Source of the DNA: Eledone cirrhosa
Taxonomy: Eukaryota
Assembly (NCBI GenBank): GCA_964016885.1
Contig: OZ024763.1
Location: forward strand, 23,374,001 to 23,438,000
DNA: 64,000 nucleotides
Reading direction: 5' to 3'
The translations under genes and the position numbers were made by a program. The notes below the pieces were generated by a model. The model was not told the DNA's origin. It was given only the letters and a program-made list of their open reading frames with translations, and searched no databases. Each line of letters begins with the position of its first letter. The stretch's first letter is position 1. Positions 10,830 to 24,016 of the stretch are shown here, piece by piece.

Positions 10830-13800
10830 AATAATGATGAAATTATTGTGTACAGTGCTCAGGTGCACTACAACTCATCAAAGGTGCATGTATAGTACAT
10901 AGAATAATGTTCAAATGTCAGTAAAGTAAATCGTGTACGAGTCATGATATACACGTGTGTGTGTGTGTGGAGGGGGAATATTAGGTGTAGTGTTGGTGAA
11001 TCTCAGGAAGCATGGAGGTTTTAAAGAATGCAGTGTCAACAGCTAACAACTGATGCAGGTAGTTTGTTCCATGGAGGTTTTAAAGAATGCAGTGTCTCGA
11101 CCGCTAACAACTGATGCAGGTAGTTTGTTCCATGGAGGTTTTAAAGGATGCAGTGTCTCGACAGCTAACAACTGATGCAGGTAGTTTGTTCCATGGAGAT
11201 TTTAAAGGATGCAGTGTCTCGACTGCTAATAACTGATGCAGGGAGTTTGTTCCATGGAGGTTTTAAAGGATGCAGTGTCTCGACAGCTAACAACTGATGC
11301 AGGTAGTTTGTTCCATGAAGGTTTTAAAGGATGCAGTGTCTCGACTGCTAATAACTGATGCAGGGAGTTTGTTCCATGGAGGTTTTAAAGAATGCAGTGT
11401 CTCGACCGCTAACAACTGATGCAGGTAGTTTGTTCCATGGAGGTTTTAAAGAATGCAGTGTCTCGACAGCTAACAACTGATGCAGGTAGTTTGTTCCATG
11501 GAGATTTTAAAGGATGCAGTGTCTCGACTGCTAATAACTGATGCAGGGAGTTTGTTCCATGGAGGTTTTAAAGGATGCAGTGTCTCGACAGCTAACAACT
11601 GATGCAGGTAGTTTGTTCCATGAAGGTTTTAAAGGATGCAGTGTCTCGACTGCTAATAACTGATGCAGGGAGTTTGTTCCATGGAGGTTTTAAAGGATGC
11701 AGTGTCTCGACTGCTAATAACTGATGCAGGGAGTTTGTTCCATGGAGGTTTTAAAGGATGCAGTGTCTCGACTGCTAATAACTGATGCAGGGAGTTTGTT
11801 CCATGGAGGTTTTAAAGGATGCAGTGTCTCGACTGCTAATAACTGATGCAGGGAGTTTGTTCCATGGAGGTTTTAAAGGATGCAGTGTCTCGACTACTAA
11901 TAACTGATGCAGGGAGTTTGTTCCATGGAGGTTTTAAAGAATGCAGTGTCTCGACCGCTAACAACTGATGTAGGTAATTTGTTCCATGGAGATTTTAAAG
12001 ATGCAGTGTCTCGACTGCTAATAACTGATGCAGGGAGTTTGTTCCATGGAGGTTTTAAAGGATGCAGTGTCTCGACAGCTAACAACTGATGCAGGTAGTT
12101 TGTTCCATGGAGGTTTTAAAGGATGCAGTGTCTCGACAGCTAACAACTGATGCAGGTAGTTTGTTCCATGGAGGTTTTAAAGGATGCAGTGTCTCAAAAG
12201 CTAACAACTGGTGCAGGGAGTTTGTTCCATGGAGGTTTTAAAGGATGCAGTGTCTTGACAGCTAACAACTAATGCAGGTAGTTTGTTCCATGGAGGTTTT
12301 AAAGGTTGCAGTGTCTCGACAGCTAACAACTGATGCAGGTAGTTTGTTCCATGGAAGTTTTAAAGGATGCAGTGTCTCGACAGCTAACAACTGATGCAGG
12401 TAGTTTGTTCCATAGAGGTTTTAAAGGATGCAGTGTCTCGACAGCTAACAACTGATGTAGGTAGTTTGTTCCATGGAGGTTTTAAAGGATGCAGTGTCTC
12501 GACAGCTAACAACTGATGTAGGTAGTTTGTTCCATGGAGGTTTTAAAGGATGCAGTGTCTTGACAGCTAACAACTAATGCAGGTAGTTTGTTCCATGGAG
12601 GTTTTAAAGGTTGCAGTGTCTCAACAGCTAACAACTGATGCACGTAGTTTGTTCCATGGAGGTTTTAAAGGATGCAGTGTCTCAACAGCTAACAACTGAT
12701 GTAGGTAATTTGTTCCATGGAGGTTTTAAAGGATGCAGTGTCTCGACAGCTAACAACTGATGCAGGTAGTTTGTTCCATGGAGGTTTTAAAGGATGCAGT
12801 GTCTCAACAGCTAACAACTGATGCAGGGAGTTTGTTCCATGGAGGTTTTAAAGGATGCAGTGTCTCGACAGCTAACAACTGATGCAGGTAGTTTGTCCCA
12901 TGGAGGTTTTGAAGAATGCAGTGTCTCGACCGCTAACAACTGATGTAGGTAATTTGTTCCATGGAGATTTTAAAGGATGCAGTGTCTTGACAGCTAACAA
13001 CTAATGCAGGTAGTTTGTTCCATGGAGGTTTTAAAGGTTGCAGTGTCTCAACAGCTAACAACTGATGCAGGTAGTTTGTTCCATGGAGGTTTTAAAGGTT
13101 GCAGTGTCTCAACAGCTAACAACTGATGCAGGTAGTTTGTTCCATGGAGGTTTTAAAGGATGCAGTGTCCCGACAGCTAACAACTAATGCAGGTAGTTTG
13201 TTCCATGGAGGTTTTAAAGGTTGCAGTGTCTCGACAGCTAACAACTGATGCAGGTAGTTTGTTCCATGGAAGTTTTAAAGGATGCAGTGTCTCGACAGCT
13301 AACAACTGATGCAGGTAGTTTGTTCCATAGAGGTTTTAAAGGATGCAGTGTCTCGACAGCTAACAACTGATGTAGGTAGTTTGTTCCATGGAGGTTTTAA
13401 AGGATGCAGTGTCTCGACAGCTAACAACTGATGTAGGTAGTTTGTTCCATGGAGGTTTTAAAGGATGCAGTGTCTTGACAGCTAACAACTAATGCAGGTA
13501 GTTTGTTCCATGGAGGTTTTAAAGGTTGCAGTGTCTCAACAGCTAACAACTGATGCACGTAGTTTGTTCCATGGAGGTTTTAAAGGATGCAGTGTCTCAA
13601 CAGCTAACAACTGATGTAGGTAATTTGTTCCATGGAGGTTTTAAAGGATGCAGTGTCTCGACAGCTAACAACTGATGCAGGTAGTTTGTTCCATGGAGGT
13701 TTTAAAGGATGCAGTGTCTCAACAGCTAACAACTGATGCAGGGAGTTTGTTCCATGGAGGTTTTAAAGGATGCAGTGTCTCGACAGCTAACAACTGATGC

Positions 13801-16702
13801 AGGTAGTTTGTCCCATGGAGGTTTTGAAGAATGCAGTGTCTCGACCGCTAACAACTGATGTAGGTAATTTGTTCCATGGAGATTTTAAAGGATGCAGTGT
13901 CTTGACAGCTAACAACTAATGCAGGTAGTTTGTTCCATGGAGGTTTTAAAGGTTGCAGTGTCTCAACAGCTAACAACTGATGCAGGTAGTTTGTTCCATG
14001 GAGGTTTTAAAGGTTGCAGTGTCTCAACAGCTAACAACTGATGCAGGTAGTTTGTTCCATGGAGGTTTTAAAGGATGCAGTGTCCCGACAGCTAAAAACT
14101 GATGTAGGTAGTTTGTTCCATGGAGGTTTTAAAGGATGCAGTGTCTCAACAGCTAACAACTGATGTAGGTAATTTGTTCCATGGAGGTTTTAAAGGATGC
14201 AGTGTCTCGACAGCTAACAACTGATGCAGGTAGTTTGTTCCATGGAGGTTTTAAAGGATGCAGTGTCTCAACAGCTAACAACTGATGCAGGGAGTTTGTT
14301 CCATGGAGGTTTTAAAGGATGCAGTGTCTCGACAGCTAACAACTGATGCAGGTAGTTTGTTCCATGGAGGTTTTGAAGAATGCAGTGTCTCGACCGCTAA
14401 CAACTGATGTAGGTAATTTGTTCCATGGAGATTTTAAAGGATGCAGTGTCTCGACTGCTAATAACTGATGCAGGGAGTTTGTTCCATGGAGGTTTTAAAG
14501 GATGCAGTGTCTCGACAGCTAACAACTGATGCAGGTAGTTTATTCCATGGAGGTTTTAAAGGATGCAGTGTCTCGACAGCTAACAACTGATGCAGGTAGT
14601 TTGTTCCATGGAGGTTTTAAAGGATGCAGTGTCTCAAAAGCTAACAACTGATGTAGGTAGTTTGTTCCATGGATGTTTTAAAGGATGCAGTGTCTCGACA
14701 GCTAACAACTGATGCAGGTAGTTTGTTCCATGGAGGTTTTAAAGGATGCAGTGTCTTGACAGCTAACAACTAATGCAGGTAGTTTGTTCCATGGAGGTTT
14801 TAAAGGTTGCAGTGTCTCAACAGCTAACAACTGATGCACGTAGTTTGTTCCGTGGAGGTTTTAAAGGATGCAGTGTCTCGACAGCTAACAACTGATGCAG
14901 GTAGTTTGTTCCATGGAGGTTTTAAAGGATGCAGTGTCTTGACAGCTAACAACTAATGCAGGTAGTTTGTTCCATGGAGGTTTTAAAGGTTGCAGTGTCT
15001 CAACAGCTAACAACTGATGCACGTAGTTTGTTCCGTGGAGGTTTTAAAGGATGCAGTGTCTCGACAGCTAACAACTGATGCAGGTAGTTTGTTCCATGGA
15101 GGTTTTAAAGGATGCAGTGTCTTGACAGCTAACAACTAATGCAGGTAGTTTGTTCCATGGAGGTTTTAAAGGTTGCAGTGTCTCAATAGCTAACAACTGA
15201 TGCAGGTAGTTTGTTCCATGGAGGTTTTAAAGGATGCAGTGTCCCGACAGCTAACAACTGATGTAGGTAGTTTGTTCCATGGAGGTTTTAAAGGATGCAG
15301 TGTCTCAACAGCTAACAACTGATGCAGGTAGTTTGTTCCATGGAGGTTTTAAAGGATGCAGTGTCTCGACAGCTAATAACTGATGCAGGTAGTTTGTTCC
15401 ATGGAGGTTTTAAAGGATGCAGTGACTCAACAGCTAACAACTGATGCAGGTAGTTTGTTCCATGGAGGTTTTAAAGGATGCAGTGTCTCAACAGCTAATA
15501 ACTGATGCAGGTAGTTTGTTCCATGGAGGTTTTAAAGGATGCAGTGTCTCAACAGCTAACAACTGATGCAGGGAGTTTGTTCCATGGAGGTTTTAAAGGA
15601 TGCAGTGTCTCGACAGCTAACAACTGATGCAGGTAGTTTGTTCCATGGAGGTTTTGAAGAATGCAGTGTCTCGACCGCTAACAACTGATGTAGGTAATTT
15701 GTTCCATGGAGATTTTAAAGGATGCAGTGTCTCGACTGCTAATAACTGATGCAGGGAGTTTGTTCCATGGAGGTTTTAAAGGATGCAGTGTCTCGACAGC
15801 TAACAACTGATGCAGGTAGTTTGTTCCATGGAGGTTTTAAAGGATGCAGTGTCTTGACAGCTAACAACTAATGCAGGTAGTTTGTTCCATGGAGGTTTTA
15901 AAGGTTGCAGTGTCTCAACAACTAACAACTGATGCACGTAGTTTGTTCCGTGGAGGTTTTAAAGGATGCAGTGTCTCAACAGCTAACAACTGATGTAGGT
16001 AATTTGTTCCATGGAGGTTTTAAAGGATGCAGTGTCTCGACAGCTAACAACTGATGCAGGTAGTTTGTTCCATGGAGGTTTTAAAGGATGCAGTGTCTCA
16101 ACAGCTAACAACTGATGTAGGTAGTTTGTTCCATGGAGGTTTTAAAGGATGCAGTGTCTCGACAGCTAACAACTGATGCAGGTAGTTTGTTCCATGGAGG
16201 TTTTAAAGGATGCAGTGTCTTGACAGCTAACAACTGATGCAGGTAGTTTGTTCCATGGAGGTTTTAAAGGATGCAGTGTCCCGACAGCTAACAACTGATG
16301 TAGGTAGTTTGTTCCATGGAGGTTTTAAAGGTTGCAGTGTCTCAACAGCTAACAACTGATGCAGGTAGTTTGTTCCATGGAGGTTTTAAAGGATGCAGTG
16401 ACTCAACAGCTAACAACTGATGCAGGTAGTTTGTTCCATGGAGGTTTTAAAGGATGCAGTGTCTCAACAGCTAATAACTGATGCAGGTAGTTTGTTCCAT
16501 GGAGGTTTTAAAGGATGCAGTGTCTTGACAGCTAACAACTGATGTAGGTAGTTTGTTCCATGCTTTAGCAACTCTCAGCATGAAAAAATGCTTCCAAAAG
16601 TCATGGGAGCTGTACTGTTTTCTGACTTTGTAGGCATGTCCACAGGTGTTAGACACATGGAAATCAAAAAGGTGCTCAGTGTTGTTGGAAAGACGGTTAA
16701 TA
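10830..16702 (-). mobile_element. 5'-truncated CR1-clade LINE 3' end containing the 61-bp satellite
   Basis: Minus strand encodes GHAYKVRKQYSSHDFWKHFFMLRVAKAWNKLPTSVVSCQDTASFK, matching the CR1-type ORF2 C-terminus (RGH..K...FF..RV...WN.LP..VV.....FK). The 3' UTR is shared with the copy at 18095. Confidence 0.75.
11011..16562. repeat. 61-bp satellite, ~91 copies
   Basis: Unit CATGGAGGTTTTAAAGGATGCAGTGTCTCGACAGCTAACAACTGATGCAGGTAGTTTGTTC. Confidence 0.97.
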
Positions 16703-16738
16703 ATTTTCTTTTGTTTTTTTTTTGTATTTTTGCTGAAG

Positions 16739-16848
16739 GTCTGCAGAGAAAGCTCTAGAAACAAATGTGTTTGATAGAAATACAGCTGATGTTGAACATG
16801 CGAAGACCTATTCCTATACATATCTCACACATAATCTTATCTTTGACG
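16739..16848 (+). CDS. Host gene exon d
   Basis: Long poly-T tract then gaag|GTC, and donor GACG|gtcagt; 110 nt, phase 2-1; encodes RSAEKALETNVFDRNTADVEHAKTYSYTYLTHNLIFD. Confidence 0.8.
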
Positions 16849-16894
16849 GTCAGTTTTATATCTTTCCTTACCATATTTCTAATGAAGTAGATTG

Positions 16895-17560
16895 TCACCA
16901 CCATCATCATCATTATCACCACCACTACTATCACCATCATCATCATCATCATCACCACCATCATCATCATCATCACCACCATCATCATCACCATCACCAT
17001 CATCATCAACATCACCAACATCATCATCAACATCACCAACACTACTATCACCATCATCATTATCATCACCAACAACACCACTATCACCATCATCACCACC
17101 ACTAACACTATCACTATCATCATCGTCATCATCACCAACACCACCACTATCACCATCATCATCATCATCACCAACACTGTCACCATCATCAACATCACCA
17201 ACACTATCACCATCATCATTATCATCACCAACACAATCATTATCATCACCACCACTAACACCATCACTATCACCATCATCACCATCATCACCATCATCAT
17301 CATCATCAACATCACCAACACCACCACTATCATCATCACCACTATCACCATCATCATCATCATCACCACCACTAACACCATCACCACTACCATTATCACA
17401 ATCATCCTCATCACCAACACTACCACTATAATCATCATCATCACCACTATCATCATCACTACCATCATCATCACCAACAACACCACTACCACCACCATCC
17501 TCATCATCATCACCAACACCACCACTAACACCATCACCACTACCATTATTACAATCATTA
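16895..17560. repeat. Compound (CAT/CAC/CAA)n microsatellite
   Basis: Direct inspection. Confidence 0.95.
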
Positions 17561-17573
17561 CCCCAGAAACTTA

Positions 17574-17916
17574 CATGTGAGGCCAGCTAAACCTACATAG
17601 GTGTGAGCTGTAACATGACAGGTCTAGAGCCCTTAACACTAAAATACTCAATAAACCACCTTTGAGAAAACCTCATGTGAGGCCAGCTAAACCTACATAG
17701 GTGTGAGCTGTAACAACATGACAGGTCTAGAGCCCTTAACACTAAAATACTCAATAAACCACCCTTGAGATACCTCATGTGAGGCCAGCTAAACCTACAT
17801 AGGTGTGAGCTGTAACAACATGACAGGTCTAGAGCCCTTAACACTAAAATACTCAATAAACCACCTTTGAGATACCTCATGTGAGGCCAGCTAAACCTAC
17901 ATAGGTGTGAGCTGTA
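17574..17916. repeat. ~102-bp tandem repeat, ~3.4 copies
   Basis: CATGTGAGGCCAGCTAAACCTACATAGGTGTGAGCTGTAAC recurs every ~100-102 bp. Confidence 0.9.
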
Positions 17917-17939
17917 AATTTTGTTTTTCTTTTTTTCAG

Positions 17940-18053
17940 GTGACCATTCAAGAGCAGAATCAATTCTGCATACAACACTGTCCAGAGTTGAAGAATCTGG
18001 ACATCCGACTATTGGCTATATGCTTAATAACCTCGGACTTAATATTGAACGGA
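17940..18053 (+). CDS. Host gene exon e (TPR)
   Basis: Acceptor ttttttcag|GT and donor CGGA|gtaaga; 114 nt, phase 1-1; GDHSRAESILHTTLSRVEESGHPTIGYMLNNLGL contains the HP....LNNLG signature of kinesin-light-chain-type TPRs. Confidence 0.85.
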
Positions 18054-18094
18054 GTAAGACTCACAAACGATTTTTTAAAATAAATTTTTTTTTA

Positions 18095-19690
18095 ATAATA
18101 ATGAAAATTACTGTGTACAGTGCTCAGGTGCACTATAACTCATCAAAGGTGCATGTATAGTACATAGAATAATTGTTTCTACTATTGGCACAAGGCCAGC
18201 AATTATCCCAGTGCATTACTGGTACTTTATTTTATCGTCCCCGTAAGGATGAAAGGGAAAGTTAACCTCGGGGGGATTTGAACTCAGATGATAAAGGGCC
18301 GTAACTCTTTGCTGCAAAGCACGTTGTCTGACACTCTACCGATACTGCCAGTACAAATGTCAGGAAAGCGAACAGTATAAGAGTCATGATATACACACAG
18401 ATACATGTGTGTGTGTGTATATTGAGGGAGAATATCGGGTGTAGTGTTGGCGAATTTCAGGAAGCATGGAGGTTTTGAAGGATGCAGTGTCTCGACAGCT
18501 AACAACTGATGCAGGTAGTTTGTTCCATGGAGGTTTTGAAGGATGCAGTGTCTCGACAGCTAACAACTGATGCAGGTAGTTTGTTCCATGGAGGTTTTGA
18601 AGGATGCAGTGTCTCGACAGCTAACAACTGATGCAGGTAGTTTGTTCCATGGAGGTTTTAAATGATGCAGTGTCTCGACAGCTAACAACTGATGCAGGTA
18701 GTTTGTTCCATGGAGGTTTTAAAGGATGCAGTGTCTCGGCAGCTAACAACTGATGCAGGTAGTTTGTTCCATGGAGGTTTTAAAGGATGCAGTGTCTCGA
18801 CAGCTAACAACTGATGCAGGTAGTTTGTTCCATGGAGGTTTTAAAGGATGCAGTGTCTCGGCAGCTAACAACTGATGCAGGTAGTTTGTTCCATGGAAGT
18901 TTTAAAGGATGCAGTGTCTCGACAGCTAACAACTGATGCAGGTAGTTTGTTCCATGGAGGTTTTAAAGGATGCAGTGTCTCGACAGCTAACAACTGATGC
19001 AGGTAGTTTGTTCCATGGAGGTTTTAAAGGATGCAGTGTCTCGACAGCTAACGACTGATGCAGGTAGTTTGTTCCATGGAGGTTTTAAAGGATACAGTGT
19101 CTCGACAGCTAACAACTGATGCAGGGAGTTTGTTCCATGGAGGTTTTAAAGGTTGCAGTGTCTCGACAGCTAACAACTGATGTAGGTAGTTTGTTCCATG
19201 GAGGTTTTAAAGGATGCAGTGTCTCGACAGCTAACAACTGATGCAGGTAGTTTGTTCCATGGAGGTTTTAAAGGATGCAGTGTCTCGACAGCTAACAACT
19301 GATGCAGGTAGTTTGTTCCATGGAGGTTTTAAAGGATGCAGTGTCTCGGCAGCTAACAACTGATGTAGGTAGTTTGTTTCATGGAGGTTTTAAAGGATGC
19401 AGTGTCTCGACAGCTAACAACTGATGCAGGTAGTTTGTTCCATGGAGGTTTTAAAGAATGCAGCGTGAAAAAATATTTCTGAAAGTCATGGGAGCTGTAC
19501 TGTTTTCTGACTTTGTAAGCACGTCCATGAGTGTTGGACATATAGAATTTAAAAATATGCTCAGGGTTCTTGTTGGATAGATGGTTAATAATCTTGCGGG
19601 TGTCAACCAAGTCAGTTGACAGACATCAGAGCTTTAATGTATCCATACCCAGGGAGGTAAGGCGATCAGAGTATGGCAGGTGCCTTTCAT
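18095..19690 (-). mobile_element. Second CR1-clade 3' fragment with ~16 copies of the 61-bp unit and a nested SINE (18168-18350)
   Basis: Same 3' UTR as 10830-11010; minus-strand peptides HLPYSDRLTSLGMDTL..DLVDTRKIINHL..HGRAYKVRKQ; array at ~18466-19460. Confidence 0.75.
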
Positions 19691-19931
19691 GGCCACATCT
19701 CTTATGAAATACTCTTCATTTTAATTAATTAATGAAGAATTTTGAGGGATTTACTTAAACTATTATTTCATTACTAAGATAACTTAATGTAAGGTTCTTA
19801 TATAAAATTATGTTGGAAGATTTAACTTAAATTGGAAACCTTTAAAATGAGTGACTTTATTTCATAGAACCAGAGCTGGTTTCGATGTTATGTGAGATAT
19901 TATGTGAGATAAAGCCTTTACCATGAAAATA

Positions 19932-21225
19932 CGAGGGGGGGGGGGAATCAAAAAGTTCGCGAAATTTTTCAGAAAATATGATTTACCTTCAATTTATTTT
20001 TATACATAGTTGCCATCCAGGTCAATACACTTCACAAGGCAATGCTTCCAGCTTCGTAAGCCGTCTCTAAAGAAAGTTGAAGGCCTTGTTCGAAGCCATG
20101 TGTTGGCAGTGTTTTTAGCTTCTTCAACACCACTAAAACGGGTTCCTTTTAGCATTTCTTTGAGTTTTGGAAAGAGGAAAAAGTCTGATGGGGCTAAATC
20201 TGGACTATAAGGCGGGTGAGGAAGCACTTCCCATCAAAATTCTCGAAGAACTTCTTTTGCAACCCGCGCAGAATGCGCTGGTGCATTATCATGGTCAAAC
20301 AAGATCCCACCATGAAGTTTCCCTTTTCGTTTCTTGACTAATGCCTCTTTCAGCTTCCTTAAAACATTTGCATAGTAAGCTCCTGTCACAGTTCTTTGAC
20401 CTTCAAGATAATCTATTAGTATCACCCCATCTGAATCCCAGAAAATGGTGGCCATCACTTTTTGATCTGACTTTTGAGATTTGAACTTGATTGGCCCCGA
20501 TGATCCACGTGGAAGCCACTGTTTTGACTGCTGTTTGGATTCAGGATCATACTGGTAGATCCAGGTTTCATCTCCGGTGATGATTCTGGTCAGGAAATGC
20601 TCTTCATAAACTTCAATTTTGTTTAATATCGCCAAAGACAGATCACTTCGAAGAATCAGCTGATCAGGGTGCAACGCTTTTGGGACCCATCGCGCTGAAA
20701 GCTTGCTTAGTCCCAAATTATTGTGCAGAATTGAATTTGCCGAACCATATGAAATGTCTAGGGACTTAGCTAACTGATTAACTGTTATTCTTCGATCTTC
20801 TTCAATAAAAGTCTGAGCAGCCTCAACGTTTGGTCATTTTTTTATGTTCCTGGTCTTCCACTGCGATGGTCGTCCTCAAGGTCGTCTCTCCCTTGTTTGA
20901 ATCGCTGAATCCACTTGTAGACAGCAGTTTTCTTTGGAGCAGTAGTACCGTCAACTTTAACTAAAGCCTCCATAATCTGTGTCCCTTTCCATTTGAGTTT
21001 CACCAGAAACTTGATATTCGATCTTATCTCAAAATAACTATTTTCCATTGTTCCAAAAAGAGGTTTTTTAAGGAGTGTCAGTACTGTACAATAGTCCATG
21101 CATAACTGACTGCAAGTGACTGCAAGGTAAATACCCAGTGACAATGTTCTGACATGTTTAATATTGTTTTAACCTATTTTTTTCTTACTACGATAAAATT
21201 CCGCGAACTTTTTGATCCCCCCTCG
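19932..21225 (-). mobile_element. Tc1/mariner (DD34D mariner-type) DNA transposon, ~1.29 kb
   Basis: TIRs CGAGGGGGG..ATCAAAAAGTTCGCG / CGCGAACTTTTTGATCCCCCCTCG; TA duplication at 19930-31 and 21226-27 inside a 72-bp unit. Confidence 0.95.
20000..21048 (-). pseudogene. Mariner transposase pseudogene
   Basis: MENSYFEIR..W..RFKQG (HTH), WVPKAL, TGDETW, HDNAPAH and HPPYSPDLAPSDFFLF are present. It is broken by a stop/frameshift near 20842 and an in-frame TGA at 20234. Confidence 0.93.
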
Positions 21226-22254
21226 TACAATAGTATATATAAAGTAATGTAAATATTATGTGAGATATTATGTGAGATAAAGCCTTTACCATGAAAATAC
21301 AATAGTATATATAGAGTAATGTAAATGTTGTGAGATATTATGTGAGATAAAGCCTTTACCATGAAAATACAATAGTATATATAGAGTAATGTAGATGTTA
21401 GGTGAGGTAAAGCCTTTACTATGAAAATACAATAGTATATATAGTGATGTAAATGTTATGTGAGGTAAAGCCTTTACTGTGAAAATACAATAGTATATAT
21501 AAAGTAATGTAAATGTTAGGTGAGATATTATGTGAGGTAAGGCCTTTACTGTGAAAATACAATAGTAGATATAGAGTAATGTAAATGTTGTGAGATATTA
21601 TGTGAGATAAAGCCTTTACCATGAAAATACAATAGTATATATAGAGTAATGTAAATGTTGTGAGATATTATGTGAGATAAAGCCTTTACCATGAAAATAC
21701 AATAGTATATATAGAGTAATGTAGATGTTAGGTGAGGTAAAGCCTTTACTATGAAAATACAATAGTATATATAGTGATGTAAATGTTATGTGAGGTAAAG
21801 CCTTTACTGTGAAAATACAATAGTATATATAAAGTAATGTAAATGTTAGGTGAGATATTATGTGAGGTAAAGCCATTACTATGAAAATACAATAGTATAT
21901 ATAGAGTGATGTAAATGGTATGTGAGATATGTGAAGTAAAGCCTTTACTGTGAAAATGTAATAGTATATATAGAGTAATGTAGATATTATGTGAGGTAAA
22001 GCCTTTATGAAAATACAGTAGTACATATAGAGTAATGTAAATGGTATGTGAGATATGTGAAGTAAAGCCTTTACTGTGAAAATACAATAGTATATATAGA
22101 GTAATGTAAATGTTATGTGAAGTAAAGCCTTTACTGTGAAAATACAATAGTATATATAAAGTAATGTACACGTTAGGTGAGATATTATGTGAGGTAAAGC
22201 CATTACTATGATAATACAATAGTATATATAGAGTAATGTAATTGGTATGTGAGA

Positions 22255-22898
22255 TCATCATCATCATCATCGTTTAACGTCCATATTCCACGCTTGCATG
22301 GGTTTGGATGAGAGTTTTCCCACTTGAGGCAAGAGTGGTTGTCTTGCTCACATAGGACTGTCTGGCGGGTTTTCTACGGCTGGGTGCCCTTCCTAACACC
22401 AACCACATTTACAGTGTGGACTGTGAGGTTTATACCGTGTTACCTACACGGCCACATTACAGCGTGGACTGTGTGTTTTTTTGTCGTGACACCTACACGA
22501 CCTCATTTGTTTCGGGCTGGATGTTGTGGTACCAACATAACTTCACATTGAAAGGGGTGGTGTGGATGGGGTGGGGGTAGTGGGACGGGGGTGTATTTTG
22601 TTAGAGGTGCCTACTGACTGTAGTAGGTTTTACTTTACACTTAGGTAAGGCGGGTCTTCTCTATTACTGTGTAGCGCCAAAGATCTCGGTCCAGTGACAT
22701 TGTCTTGGAGAGGTGTAAGTGTGTGAGGTCTGAATTTATCAAGTCGTCCCAGGTTTTTCTGGGTCTGTCTACTCCGTAGCTACCGTCTATTTTTATTGCC
22801 CTGCACTTTTTTATACAGCTGTCGTCTTTCATGCACATCACGTGACCATACCAACGTAGTCTTCTCTCGAGAAAACAACATCTGATCCCTCTTATTTC
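22255..22898 (-). mobile_element. 5'-truncated RTE LINE (ORF C-terminus, 3' UTR and (GAT)n tail)
   Basis: Encodes RLRWYGHVMCMKDDSCIKKCRAIKIDG..RPRKTWDD, homologous to the C-terminus of ORF 56847-59966; inserted within a satellite unit. Confidence 0.9.
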
Positions 22899-24016
22899 TG
22901 ATATGTGAAGTAAAGCTTTTACTGTGAAAATAGAATAGTATATATAGAGTAATGTAAATGTTATGTGAGGTAAAGACTTTACTGTGAAAATACAATAGTA
23001 TATATAAAGTAATGTAAATGTTATATGAGATATTATGTGAGGTAAAGACTTTACTTTATATATACTATTGCGTTTTCACAGTAATGTAAATGTTATGTGA
23101 GATATTATGTGAGGTAAAGCCTTTACTATGAAAATACAATAGTATATATATAGAGTAATGTAGAGGTTATGTGAGATATTATGTGAGGTAAAGCCTTTAC
23201 TATGAAAATACAATAGTACATATAGAGTAATGTAAATGGTATGTGAGATATGTGAAGTAAAGCCTTTACTGTGAAAATACAATAGTATATATAGAGTAAT
23301 GTAAATGTTATGTGAGATATGTGAGGTAAAGCCTTTACTGTGAAAATACAATAATATATATAGAGTAATGTAAATGTTATGTGAGGTAATTCCTTTACTG
23401 TGAAAATACAATAGTATATATAGAGTAATGTAAATGTTATGAGATATTATGTGAGGTAAAGCCTTTACTGTGAAAATACAATAGTATATATAGAGTAATG
23501 TAAATGTTATGAGATATTATGTGAGGTAAAGCCTTTACTGTGAAAATACAATAGTATATATAGAGTAATGTAAATGGTATGTGAGATATGTGAAGTAAAG
23601 CCTTTACTGTGAAAATACAATAGTATATATAGAGTAATGTAAATGTTATGTGAGATATTATGTGAGGTAAAGCCTTTACTGTGAAAATACAATAGTATAT
23701 ATAGAGTAATGTAAATGTTATGTGAGATATTATGTGAGGTAAAGCCTTTACTGTGAAAATACAATAGTATATATAGAGTGGTTTCTTTATTTGCCACTAG
23801 GGCACAAAAGGTAGGGACAGATACAAGGGGGGAAGTTTACATATAATTAACGAGTACAAAAATATAACAATGAAATAACAACAACAAACGAAGTCCTCAA
23901 TAGGGAGGGGGCATTAACATGGGTCGCACACACCCCGGAAAAAATGTGTAACCCTTCTCCTCAGGAGCACAAAGAGTAGGTGCTTCCCTCGTCTCCGCTT
24001 TTTCCTCTTCTTTCAC

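Noticed and set aside
11011-16562. CRISPR-like regular array (also the 20-, 44-, 48- and 72-bp arrays)
   Set aside because: Units are head-to-tail with no unique spacers, there are no cas genes, and the context is eukaryotic intron.
16755-17558. Low-complexity ORFs (poly-M/V, -H, -T, -Y, CV repeats) here and at 37905-38936, 60532-60866, 62023-62350, 62888-63338
   Set aside because: Microsatellite artefacts.
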